Below, in pieces: positions 1-9,768 of a DNA stretch of 64,000 bases (the stretch's first letter is position 1; the number at the start of each line of letters is the position of its first letter). Both the position numbers and the translations under genes were made by a program. Source of the DNA: Squalus acanthias (taxonomy: Eukaryota); the NCBI GenBank assembly GCA_030390025.1, contig CM059433.1, forward strand, positions 25,794,001-25,858,000. The letters run 5' to 3'. The notes under the pieces were generated by a model. The model saw only the letters and a program-made list of their open reading frames with translations. It searched no databases and was not told the DNA's origin.

Positions 1-10
1 GCAGCAGGGC

Positions 11-3000
11 ATGTTGAGGCCGATAGCCACACACGTGAACTCCCCATTATGGCCGGTTAGGAAGCCGGATAATTCGTGGAGAGCCACGGTGGACTACAGA
101 GTCCTTAACAGTAACATTCCCGCCTGCGCGCCCACGGTAGCAGCAGTTGCTGACCTAATAGGGAGCATCCCAGCGTCCGCGACCACGTTCACGGTGCTGG
201 ATATCTCGAACGGTTTTTGGTCCATCCCGCTGCGGCGAGAGGACCAGTACAAGTTTGCCTTTACTTTCAAAGGACAACAGTACACATGGAACTGTCTGCC
301 ACAGGGTTTCCACAATAGCCCCAGTATTTTCCATCAGTGTATGGCAGGAAGTTTAAAGGAGTTTAGTCAGCCCAATCAGATAGTACAGTATGTGGATGAT
401 TTGCTCCTATTTACGGACTCAAGGGAGGAGCATGGACCACTACTGGACGAGTTATTGGAGCTGTTAGCAAGAAAGGGTTTTAAAATAAACCCTAAGAAAG
501 CACGTATCGGTCAGCGGGAAGTAAAATTCCTGGGACTGACCATACGCGCTGGGGAAAGAGCCATAGACAAAGCAAGGAGGGAGTCGGTGCAAGAATTACC
601 GATTCCCAACAACGTAAGGGGTGTGAGGTCCTTCTTGGGACTGACCGGTTACTGCAGGGATTTTATCGAAGATTATGCGGCCACAGCAGCGCCGCTCCTC
701 CGACTCCTCCATAAGGGGGTGGAGTGGTTTTGGGACGAGGGCTGCCAAGCAGCCTTCGAGAAGTTAAAAAGGGATCTGCAGACCGCGCCAGCCTTAGGGG
801 CCATAGATGGGGGGAAGGAGTTTTTCCTGGAGGTAGCTGCCAGCGGAGACAGCTTAAGCGCCGTACTGCTCCAAGAGCGTCACGGCAAGCTGAGGCCGGT
901 TGTCTATTCATCCAGGGTGTTAACGGATGTGGAGAGAAGTTTCTCCAATTGCGAAAGGCACCTTTTAGCCATGCATTGGGCTGTGAAAAGATCAGCGATC
1001 TTCACAGGGCTCTCTCCCATCACTCTCCTCACACATCACACACCAACTAAGATGCTTCTGGATGGGAGGATTAAAGACGGGACCGTAAGCAGCGCGCGCA
1101 TTGCGCGCTGGACCCTTCTTCTCTCCCAGTTGGATCTTAGAGTAAAAGGTCTTTGCGAGCCCAGGCTTGCGGCCAATTTGGTATACCCCGGTACAGCCCA
1201 CCGGTGTTCGGTGGAAGGGGTGTGGGACGTCAACATAGGTTTACGGGCCGGGATACATCCCACTGGGCGCGAGATTTATGTTGATGGGTCTAGCACAGTA
1301 TCTGCCGGCGAGCGACTCACAGGGTGTGGAGTTTATGACCCTGCGGCAGACCTTGCCCTGGCGATCAAGCTCCCTAGCACCATGAGCGCGCAGCAAGCTG
1401 AGCTGTCTGCCGTGGTGTACGTTGTGACCCACCCAGACATTTTCCCAACCCCATACACGATTTGCTCGGACAGTATGTTCACCTGCAATTCGTGCACGGA
1501 ATACCTGGCCATTTGGTCCCGCCGCGGATACACCTCCGCGGACGGGCGACCTTTAACGGTGAAGCCCTTGCTGGAAAAGATCTTAGCAGCAGCAGTAGGG
1601 GAGGAAGGAGAGATTTTCATCCATAAGGTGAAAGCTCACTCCTCCACAGAGCCCCGTGGGGAGGGCAACCAGCAGGCGGATGCGCTAGCCAGGGAAGGTG
1701 CCCGCAACGGCATTTTCTGGAACCCCTATGGGACCAGACCCATAGCAGCGGTCCGAGGCAGGGACGGGAATCCCGGGAACACCAGGGTAGCATTGCCCCT
1801 AGACCTTAAGACCGTCCAAGCCCAGGATCCCGCCCTAAAAGCAGTCCTAAAAACCATTGCTGAGGGGAGACAGGTAGAAGGTCCGTACAGTACGGCAACC
1901 CTCTCAGTTAAGGAAGGCATGCTGTTCCGCGAGGAGCAGTGGGTTGTGCCACAGCAGCACAGGAGGGAATTCCTCCAGTTGGCTCACGAGGGACCAGGGG
2001 CAGGGCACCCCGGGCCCGAGGTTACCTGGCAACGGGTAGAGCAAGCGGGATGGTGGCCAGGGCTCAGGGAACAAGTCCGCGAGTTCTGTGCAAACTGTCT
2101 TGTGTGCGCTGCAAACAACCCAGACCCCCAGAAAAGGAAGGTGCCCATGGGACACGTAAGAAGGGTAGAGGGACCATGGCAGTCGATACAGATCGACTAT
2201 ATAGGACCCCTGCCCACCACCCAGGGAGGTTATAAGTATTGCCTCGTCCTGGTGGATGTGTTTTCCAAGTGGGTGGAAGCCTTCCCTTGTCGAACAGCTA
2301 CGGCACTGGGTACAGCAAAAATCTTGGTCCGGGAAGTGTTCTCGCGGTGGGGACTTCCCCGTTTTGTGGAGTCAGACCAAGGGAGTCATTTCACCGGCCA
2401 GGTGATGCAGAACACCCTCATGCTTTTGGGCATTGAAGGGAAGTGGCACGTAGCACACAATCCCCAGTCATCCGGGATTGTTGAACGTATGAACCGGACC
2501 CTGAAGGAGAAATTGAGGAAAGAGACTAGGAACTCGCCCCAAAAATGGGCGGAAGTTCTGCCTTTAGTCCTCATGGGGGTCCGGGCCAGTCAGTCAAAAA
2601 GTACGGGGTACTCCCCGCACGAGGTAATGACTGGGAGGCTCATGCGAACCCCCACCCATGTGCTAGCGCCGGTGCTCACTGAGGGTCAGCTCCAAGAGAT
2701 AAGCAGGGACAAGTTCGCCCAGACTCTCTTGGAGCGCCTGAAACAGGTTTATGAGCAGGCGGCTGGGAACATGGGAAGGCAGCATCAGGGCAATCGCTTG
2801 TTGCTGGAACCCCGCAAAGCGCGGGAGTGGGAAGTAGGAGACCAGGTCATGGTCAGAAACTACGCCAGAGTAGGGAGTCTGGAACCACTGTATATGGGAC
2901 CCTACAACATTGTAGACAAGGCGAGTCCCATGGTTTACGCCGTAAAAGTACCTCGGCGCACTAAGTGGTTCCACATAAACCAATGCAAACTGTACCAGCC

Positions 3001-3808
3001 AGGTGCGCAAGGGAAAACTACAGGGGTAAATCCCGCCAGTGGGAAAGCACAGCCCCAGGTAGGACCACAAGGCACACAGGCAGGCATAGCAGCTTGCATC
3101 AGGGGAAGGGACATCCCGGACGATCATACAGCGTTTTTCTGGAATTGGGGGTTAGATGAGGAAGACTTCAGGGTACTCGGGTCAGATGAGGACAGTGCAG
3201 ATGAGGATAGTGATGACGACGGGTGGTTTCTGAGGAACGGTCTGGAGGGAACGGGGGCTGCAGATAGAGATCCACACAGGGTGGACACACGAGCTGCAGG
3301 TCCCGAAGACAGGAGGGAGGAGCTAGGGGAGGCAGGGCCAGCCGCTATGGGAGCACAGAGAGTACCGGTATGGCTCCCAGAGATGTGGCCGCCCGCTTTG
3401 AACGTCCCGCCCTCGGGGGAGGCAGAGATCACGAGTGAAGGGCCGCCTGCTGGGCCGAGCAGGGCGGAGCCACAAACTGCAAGCCCCGAGGTTAGGGAGG
3501 CGGAGTCAGCGGAGGCGGAGCCAGCGACTGTGGTGGAACCCCAGGTCATCCCGATGGAAGTCTCGGAACCCGGTCCGTCCGTCACGGAACCCCCGCCCAT
3601 AGCAACTCCCCGTAGGTCAAGTAGAGAACCCCAGCCCAGGAGGATGTGGTCATGTCCCCAGACTGCCCCAAGGCGTAAAATTAAGGTTAAGATAACCCAG
3701 ATACAGGCCGGCCACATCGCAGCAGCAACAGGCTGCGGCAGATCAGAGGGAAGGGTCAGTGCCCTCCCACCGTCGGGAAGAGCTCGCAGCAGCCTTCTCA
3801 GAATTTAA
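11..3808 (+). CDS. pol: Pol (RT, degenerate RNase H tether, active RNase H, integrase, C-terminal extension); N-terminus cut by the window edge
   Basis: RT motifs LPQGFHNSP and YVDD; tether LEVAAS..PVVYSSR; RNase H YVDGS/AQQAEL/CSDS/GNQQAD; integrase HHCC (H..H..CLVC), QIDYIGP, ESDQG, GIVERMN and GPY. The frame is open for 1265 aa. Confidence 0.95.
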   Translation: MLRPIATHVNSPLWPVRKPDNSWRATVDYRVLNSNIPACAPTVAAVADLIGSIPASATTFTVLDISNGFWSIPLRREDQYKFAFTFKGQQYTWNCLPQGFHNSPSIFHQCMAGSLKEFSQPNQIVQYVDDLLLFTDSREEHGPLLDELLELLARKGFKINPKKARIGQREVKFLGLTIRAGERAIDKARRESVQELPIPNNVRGVRSFLGLTGYCRDFIEDYAATAAPLLRLLHKGVEWFWDEGCQAAFEKLKRDLQTAPALGAIDGGKEFFLEVAASGDSLSAVLLQERHGKLRPVVYSSRVLTDVERSFSNCERHLLAMHWAVKRSAIFTGLSPITLLTHHTPTKMLLDGRIKDGTVSSARIARWTLLLSQLDLRVKGLCEPRLAANLVYPGTAHRCSVEGVWDVNIGLRAGIHPTGREIYVDGSSTVSAGERLTGCGVYDPAADLALAIKLPSTMSAQQAELSAVVYVVTHPDIFPTPYTICSDSMFTCNSCTEYLAIWSRRGYTSADGRPLTVKPLLEKILAAAVGEEGEIFIHKVKAHSSTEPRGEGNQQADALAREGARNGIFWNPYGTRPIAAVRGRDGNPGNTRVALPLDLKTVQAQDPALKAVLKTIAEGRQVEGPYSTATLSVKEGMLFREEQWVVPQQHRREFLQLAHEGPGAGHPGPEVTWQRVEQAGWWPGLREQVREFCANCLVCAANNPDPQKRKVPMGHVRRVEGPWQSIQIDYIGPLPTTQGGYKYCLVLVDVFSKWVEAFPCRTATALGTAKILVREVFSRWGLPRFVESDQGSHFTGQVMQNTLMLLGIEGKWHVAHNPQSSGIVERMNRTLKEKLRKETRNSPQKWAEVLPLVLMGVRASQSKSTGYSPHEVMTGRLMRTPTHVLAPVLTEGQLQEISRDKFAQTLLERLKQVYEQAAGNMGRQHQGNRLLLEPRKAREWEVGDQVMVRNYARVGSLEPLYMGPYNIVDKASPMVYAVKVPRRTKWFHINQCKLYQPGAQGKTTGVNPASGKAQPQVGPQGTQAGIAACIRGRDIPDDHTAFFWNWGLDEEDFRVLGSDEDSADEDSDDDGWFLRNGLEGTGAADRDPHRVDTRAAGPEDRREELGEAGPAAMGAQRVPVWLPEMWPPALNVPPSGEAEITSEGPPAGPSRAEPQTASPEVREAESAEAEPATVVEPQVIPMEVSEPGPSVTEPPPIATPRRSSREPQPRRMWSCPQTAPRRKIKVKITQIQAGHIAAATGCGRSEGRVSALPPSGRARSSLLRI

Positions 3809-4060
3809 AGGGGCCGCCCTGAGAACGGGCGGCACTGTAAAGTTATAAGTTTTAAGTTTTAAGTTTATAGTTCAAGGTTAAGTTTATAGTTTTTTTGATA
3901 AGGTTAAGATTGTAGTGTTTTCAACAGAAAACGATAAAATGATGGGAGTTTTAAAATTAGGTTTAGTTAAAGTTTATTCAGCGAACGTTGAAGTTTACGT
4001 GAGGCGAGGTCAGGGGACCCGCTCACCCTTCACAAAAGCCAGAGACTCTTGCGAGGCTGG

Positions 4061-4084
4061 CTACCTCATTCTATCTGATCACAG
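4061..4084 (+). promoter_or_regulatory. Candidate env splice acceptor
   Basis: Pyrimidine-rich CTACCTCATTCTATCTGATCACAG ending 13 nt upstream of the env ATG at 4098. Confidence 0.45.
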
Positions 4085-4097
4085 GAACCAAGGAAGG

Positions 4098-6448
4098 ATG
4101 GAACGAATTCTAGTATTGCTCGCAGCAATCGGATGTGGATTGGCCTATTGAGGCCGCACCAAGGATGTCATGGTGTTTGGATGTTCCGGGGACACGGCCC
4201 CCATCGCGGTGGATGGGACCGGAAGACGGGAGGCAGAGGAGACCAGCACCTATTTCCACAAGGGAAGGTGGCCAGGATGGCTGGGAACGAACTCAACGGA
4301 GTATTCTAGCACATCGGGGTTTGCCTACAAAGAGACTTCTTTACTGTGCCCCAAAGTAAGGATCATCGCACCCAGGATCAGCGTCACCGTCGGCAAACGG
4401 ATTTGTTTGACTTGTAGTGGGAAGGTCCCATTGAGCCGATGGTGGTGGCTGCGAAAGCTGAGCAAAACTATGAGGAACTCTTCGGTCGAGTGGGAACGAC
4501 TGGGTAATAATACCCATCGGACAATTACGGGGACAAACGGACAAGTGAAAGTCTGTTGGGACAAATGGTGGGAACCGGACGAGGGAATTTATGTATGTAT
4601 GTGGGGGTCAAAGTACGTTTGCCCCAAAGGCATCTCCATATTTTTCATTAATCAATGGCAGGATAACGGACAGGGGATGAGGTGGGATGCGAGCACCAGG
4701 GGGTGCGGAGCCCCATTCTCCCCGATCCCAGTAAATGCCACTGAGCTCATTACGCGCCCACGCAAAGCCCCGCCCACGTTTCCGGTGGTTCTAGCTGAGG
4801 AAGAAGGGTGCCCTAAAACTAGTAAGGGACCCGGGAATGGTTTGGTACTGGTCCCCACAGACCAGATACTATTTCAGGGAGTACATTACGCGGTGGCCTC
4901 GGTGATTTTAAATCTCACCGAGGTGCGGTTACCAGAGTGGTGCCCCAAAAAGACGGAACAGTTGTACCAGGTCCTGTTGACCAAGATGTTCAGACAATTT
5001 TACGAATTCGATTTCGCGGAAATTGATAAAACAAGTTTGTACACCGCACCACAGGAAGTTTTGAATCAAGCAGGGAGGCAAAGAAGGGGTTTGGTGAACG
5101 ATGCGTTCACTGCTTTTAACACGGGTACATCTGTGGTCAACGCTCTAGACAGTGTGGAGCTGCAGACCCAGATTAATGGTTTAAAGACACAATTAAAAGA
5201 CATTCTAACAGATGAGAATAAAGTGGTAGGGTCGGGTCTACACGAGGACCAAGCCATGACTCTCCATTTAAAGGAAATTATAGCAGAGTTGGAGAAACAT
5301 GCAAAGACGGTAAATGCCCTGATTAGGGAAGATCGGAATGCATCCGATCAAGCTGCGCAGAACGAGGTGTGCGTGCTTTACGGGGCGTGGTTACTGGGCG
5401 AGGGCCGCAGTAATTTGGAGGATTTAAAACAAGGTTTGGTTCCGTCCTGGATAAGTAACAAACACCTGCGGGCGCTCCACCCTTTTCAGAACGCATTAAG
5501 TCCGTGCCAACTCAGGCTAGCTTCAGAAGCTTACCCAGTCCCCGTGGACTGCAGACGATCAAACCATACTATTATGGGAATAGTATTACGCATGCCGGTT
5601 TTGGGCGACACAGCAAAGCCCGCCCCGGTGTATCGGGTAGAGAACATTGGTGTCATTCAGGGGGGAGCCCACATTCGTTACGCAGCGGTTCCACCTTACG
5701 TCATCGCTGGGAGCAAACGATGACAGGTACAGATCTCTCTGGTTGTCGTGGCAGGGGAGCACACATAATACTGTGCCCCCAGCACTTGAATGCCTTTTTA
5801 ACACCACAGTGCGGGTTCAGAACGACTGGCGCCAAGTCCATGAATTGCACCATGGAGGCAATGGCACAAGATCATGTGCCTCCGCAGGTAGCATACATCG
5901 GGGGTGGAACATATTGTGTTACCACTGCAGCGCAACACTACCAGCATGGAAACCGTAGCCGGTGTCCGGTGAGTGACAGCAGTTTCTGTTTTAAACCCAG
6001 GGCGGAAGTTCAAGTAGCACAACAGCGAATTATCCCAATCCCTGAACCATCCACTGTTCATCTCACAGTAAAAGAGAATTTCACCGACTTGCAGCGATTC
6101 GTCGCGCATTTTGGATACCTCATTCCCCCTCTCCCTGAACACCTCACCAAACTTTTAAAAGCCGTCGCGGTGTCACAGAAACATTTCTGCACATTAGAGC
6201 AGAAAACTGTCGAAATAGGAACAGACATTCTGGATATAGTAGTTCCACCGTGGTGGAATCTGTTCACTAATATTGAAGTGCCTTCATGGATCAGAATAGC
6301 CTCCCACATTTTAGTCGTATGCCAAGTTTTCATTGTAGTATACCTATTGGTCGTACATTGTAAAAGAGACAAGCGCCTCACCAAGCATGAAAACACGGGA
6401 GAGTGGCGAGAACGTTACGTGCTCGTGCACGATGAAAGCACCGTGTGA
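4098..6448 (+). pseudogene. env: env: signal peptide, Ig-like domain and class I fusion glycoprotein; one in-frame stop and one frameshift
   Basis: MERILVLLAAIGCGLAY then TGA at 4149-4151, in frame with ORF 4170-5723; RQRR furin site at 5076-5087 followed by a fusion-peptide/heptad region; frameshift near 5710 into ORF 5504-6448, which has a Cys-rich block and TM ILVVCQVFIVVYLLVV. Confidence 0.85.
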
Positions 6449-6886
6449 TCGGAAAATGGCGTCACTCCCGCTCGCCACGTGCGCCGCGGAAGTTTGTACT
6501 CGATCATGATTTTCAGAGATTGTAAATACGTTGGGAACTCGACATGTTTTAAGAGTTGGTGTTGATTATTTTGGTGATGGTGTTACAGTTAAAAATGATT
6601 GTTTGGTTTTGGGTTTTGTTTTTCCTTTCCCTGAATAAAAGATGAATATACAGGTGATACGAGAGGCATCGGCCTGGTTACGCCGGGAAGGAAAACAAGT
6701 GGTGTAAGTTTAAGGGCAAATAATGCCTACGGTGATATAAAATGTAATTTTCTTGGGAAATAAGGACGACACAGAGACCCTAGCTAGGTTAAAGTTATGG
6801 GATTAATTTGCTGGATTCGGAGAGAAATCGAGATAATATTGCTCACCACTATGATTTTTGATACGATAAGCGGAGTTATTCGCATC

Positions 6887-6898
6887 AACAGGAGGGAC
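6887..6898 (+). promoter_or_regulatory. Polypurine tract
   Basis: AACAGGAGGGAC directly before the TG start of the LTR. Confidence 0.7.
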
Positions 6899-8497
6899 TG
6901 TAGAATTCGCAATATATCGCGATTTTATTAATAAGGAGAAAACACAGAGTTTCGTTCAAACAGCTTTTATTTCAGCAGAATGCTGCCAGGTTTAAAGTGG
7001 ACACAAGCAGCCTGTAAAATGGCCGCCGCACCTCGTGACAGAACATTCTAGACTTTTCAACAGGCAGACAAGATGGCGTTCCAATAAACATTTGTGCAAG
7101 ATCGATTAAGATTCAGCACAGTGAAGATAATACACGAGACATTATGGGTTTGCAGTATACACATAAATACTGAAATCGGTCTCCCAGGTACGAATGAAAG
7201 CTATTGTACCGAGTAATCAAGGGCCCATCCAAAAGACATTAATATGTAAAATCCCAACGACTCTACGATGAGAGAGCCGTTAGCAGGTAGTTATACAAAA
7301 CACTTGGAAGCCCCAAAACCCCTCCAGGGAGAACACCGACCGATTTAACAATGGGAGAAATATTAACAGGTACTCAGACATTTACGAGTAGCCCCGAAAC
7401 CCATTAAGAACGGAGATCACCCATACAAGACATTTGAGCACCAGACCCTAAACAAAAGAATGGACATTAAGGTTGGGCGGGAAACGGAAGATTTTGTACT
7501 ATAATTACAGGCTCCAAACCGTCCATCTTTCTCTTATCCGATCGACTCTTATCATCGTGGCTGCTCCTGTGCTCTTTTTCGTAACCTCGTGGCTGCTCCT
7601 GTGTACTCGTAGTCGGGCTCCTGCTTGCCTGTTGACTCTTTGAAAAAGGACTGTTGAACTTTCTGATCCGTTCGGATCTACCTCGTGTCGCGTAACGAAG
7701 ACCTATGTTGGTAACTGGCAGCGGAACCAAAGGCCCGAGATGAGATGAGATGAGATGAGATGAGATGAGAAGAGAGGAAGACCATATTCATCGCCACGGT
7801 CAGTAAATCCCGACCGCGCCTGTAGGTCGAACAGCCAAGTTTTCCTTGCCAGGAAGACTTCTTCGAACTTGCAAAGAACATATCACATCGATGATATTGA
7901 CTGAACTGTGCTCGGAAAAGTACCTGTTAAACCAACCAACACAGGTCTTCATCACAGCAGACGGTCCAGCCTGCTAGCCGGAGCAGCAGAAGCAAGTAAA
8001 CAAGTGGGACCAGGAGATCTCCTGACCGACACGTGGGAGCTGCGGTGAAAAACATCCGATCAGCTATTCGGAATTTCTCCGAGTTATCACGAGTGGTGAG
8101 CATGAGTCTCGAAATCCTACGAATCTAGTTAGGATAGATATTGATAGGGGAGGGTTTAAGGATTAAGGATATTTGTAATGTGTGCCCCTATTTACGGTGT
8201 GCCGTTCGTTCCTCGTTTCCCTAAGATCGACTATATAACTGCTTGTAAGATTGTACTGTCATTAATCTGTGCTTATGACATGTATTTCATAATCTTAAAT
8301 ATCATGCAATAAAGATTTTCCATTTCGTACCATTCAAACCGAGTCTACATGAATTTCATCTCCATTACTGCTCTCGCATCTAAGTCCAGTGTCTAGAACC
8401 GTAAGGGCGAGTGATTCGAACCACTCACAGGTGTGTCTAGGGTTCCCAGACTGGCTGGAGACCAGAACAGGCAACGAGGCCTAGACCCGCACTGACA
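6899..8497 (+). repeat. 3' LTR (~1.6 kb) of the lokiretrovirus-like provirus; 3' end uncertain (8497 or 8501)
   Basis: Starts TGTAGAATTCGCAA after the PPT; AATAAA near 8308; start and U5 are homologous to solo LTRs 24824-26429 and 59017-60731. Confidence 0.85.
7737..7770 (+). repeat. (GAGAT)n microsatellite inside the LTR
   Basis: Six full GAGAT units plus GAGA. Confidence 0.95.
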
Positions 8498-8521
8498 TAC
8501 AGGCTGCACAGAGCCGCGTGA

Positions 8522-9768
8522 ATCTCACAGGCTGCGAGACACGCAGGGTCAGAATCCCTTACAGCAGTCACGGTCAAGTGCGACATATCCCTATGTCAAC
8601 CTCGGCCCGTCGTCCCAGCGTCCTGGCGCCGCCGGGTATTCGACATTCTCCACAACCTCTCCCACCCCGGCGCCCGCGCATCCATCAAATTGGTAGCCAA
8701 CCGCTTTGTCTGGCGCGGCCTTCGCAAGGATGTGACTACTTGGGCCAACTCCTGCCTAGCCTGCCAACGGGCCAAGGTGCAGCAACACACGAAAGCACCC
8801 CTCGAGGAGTTTACCGTCCCCTCGCGGAGATTCGACCACATCCACGTGGACATCGTCGGGCCCCTGCCGCTGTCGCAAGGCCACACGCACTTGCTGATCA
8901 TCGTTGACCGCACCACGCGCTGGCCCGAGGCAATTCCACTGACCTCTACCACCACCGCCGACATCGCCAGAGCCTTCGTCAGCACCTGGGTCGCACGGTT
9001 CGGCGTCCCCTCCGACATGACGTCGGACAGAGGTCCGCAATTTACCTCTGAACTCTGGACCGCCGTCGCACGCAATCTCGCGGTGACCATTCACCGCACC
9101 ACAGCGTACCACCCCCAAGCCAACGGACTGTGTGAGCAGTTCCACAGATCCTTGAAGGCATCTCTTCGAGCCAGCCTCCAGGACGGCACCTGGACCGACC
9201 GACTTCCATGGGTCCTCCTCGGCCTGCGCACCACGGTTAAAGAAGACCTCCACGCATCGCCAGCAGAGCTCGTGTACGGTCAGCCGCTGCGCGTACCCGG
9301 CGAGTTCCTGCCCACCGCCACGACACCCTGGTCAGCCGACCAGCAATGCCACGACTTCGCATCACCGGCGCTGCAGTTCGCCCCGCTGCCCATTGCCCGA
9401 CACGGCGAATCCACCTCACACGTCCCACTAAGCCTGCACCAGGCACGGTTCATTTTCGTCCGGCACGACGGCCACCGCGGACCCCTTCAACCCCCGTACA
9501 ATGGGCCCTACAAGGTGCTACAGGCTGGGGACAAATTTTTCACCCTGCAAGTGGGCGACAGGACCGAAAAAGTGTTGGTTGACCGACTCAAGCCAGCACA
9601 CTCAGAGCCCGGTGAGCAGGTCCCTGTAGCTCGTCCACCACCACGCGGCCGACCTGCCCTCAAGCTGGTTCACCCGGCGGCTCCACGCCCGGCCGTTCCA
9701 CGTCCACCGGCGTCCTACAAGAGCCACTCCGGCCGGCCCATCAGACCGCCGCACCGTCTCGTCCACAC
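8522..9768 (+). mobile_element. Ty3/Gypsy integrase fragment with no RT or LTR visible
   Basis: HNLSHPG..CLAC, HVDIVGPLP, TSDRGPQF, QANGLCE, YNGPYKV and SGRPIRPP tail; GC-rich. Confidence 0.9.

Larger units (their letters stand above)
1..8497 (+). mobile_element. Endogenous lokiretrovirus-like (spuma-related) provirus, 3' part (pol-env-PPT-3'LTR); 5' end lies outside the window
   Basis: Retroviral pol with two RNase H domains, an env with a furin site and TM helix, a purine tract at 6887-6898, and an LTR starting TGTAG at 6899. Confidence 0.85.

Noticed and set aside
3124..3717. 197-aa antisense ORF as an HBZ-like gene
   Set aside because: Expected by chance opposite GC-rich low-complexity coding sequence; no domain features.
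3802..3833. TTTAAAG plus hairpin as a -1 frameshift signal at the end of pol
   Set aside because: The heptamer is not in the required phase (codons are ATT TAA) and the downstream AT-rich tract is full of stops.
8380..8440. tRNA gene in the LTR U5
   Set aside because: Only a T-arm/B-box-like hairpin is present; I could not build a cloverleaf or find an A-box.
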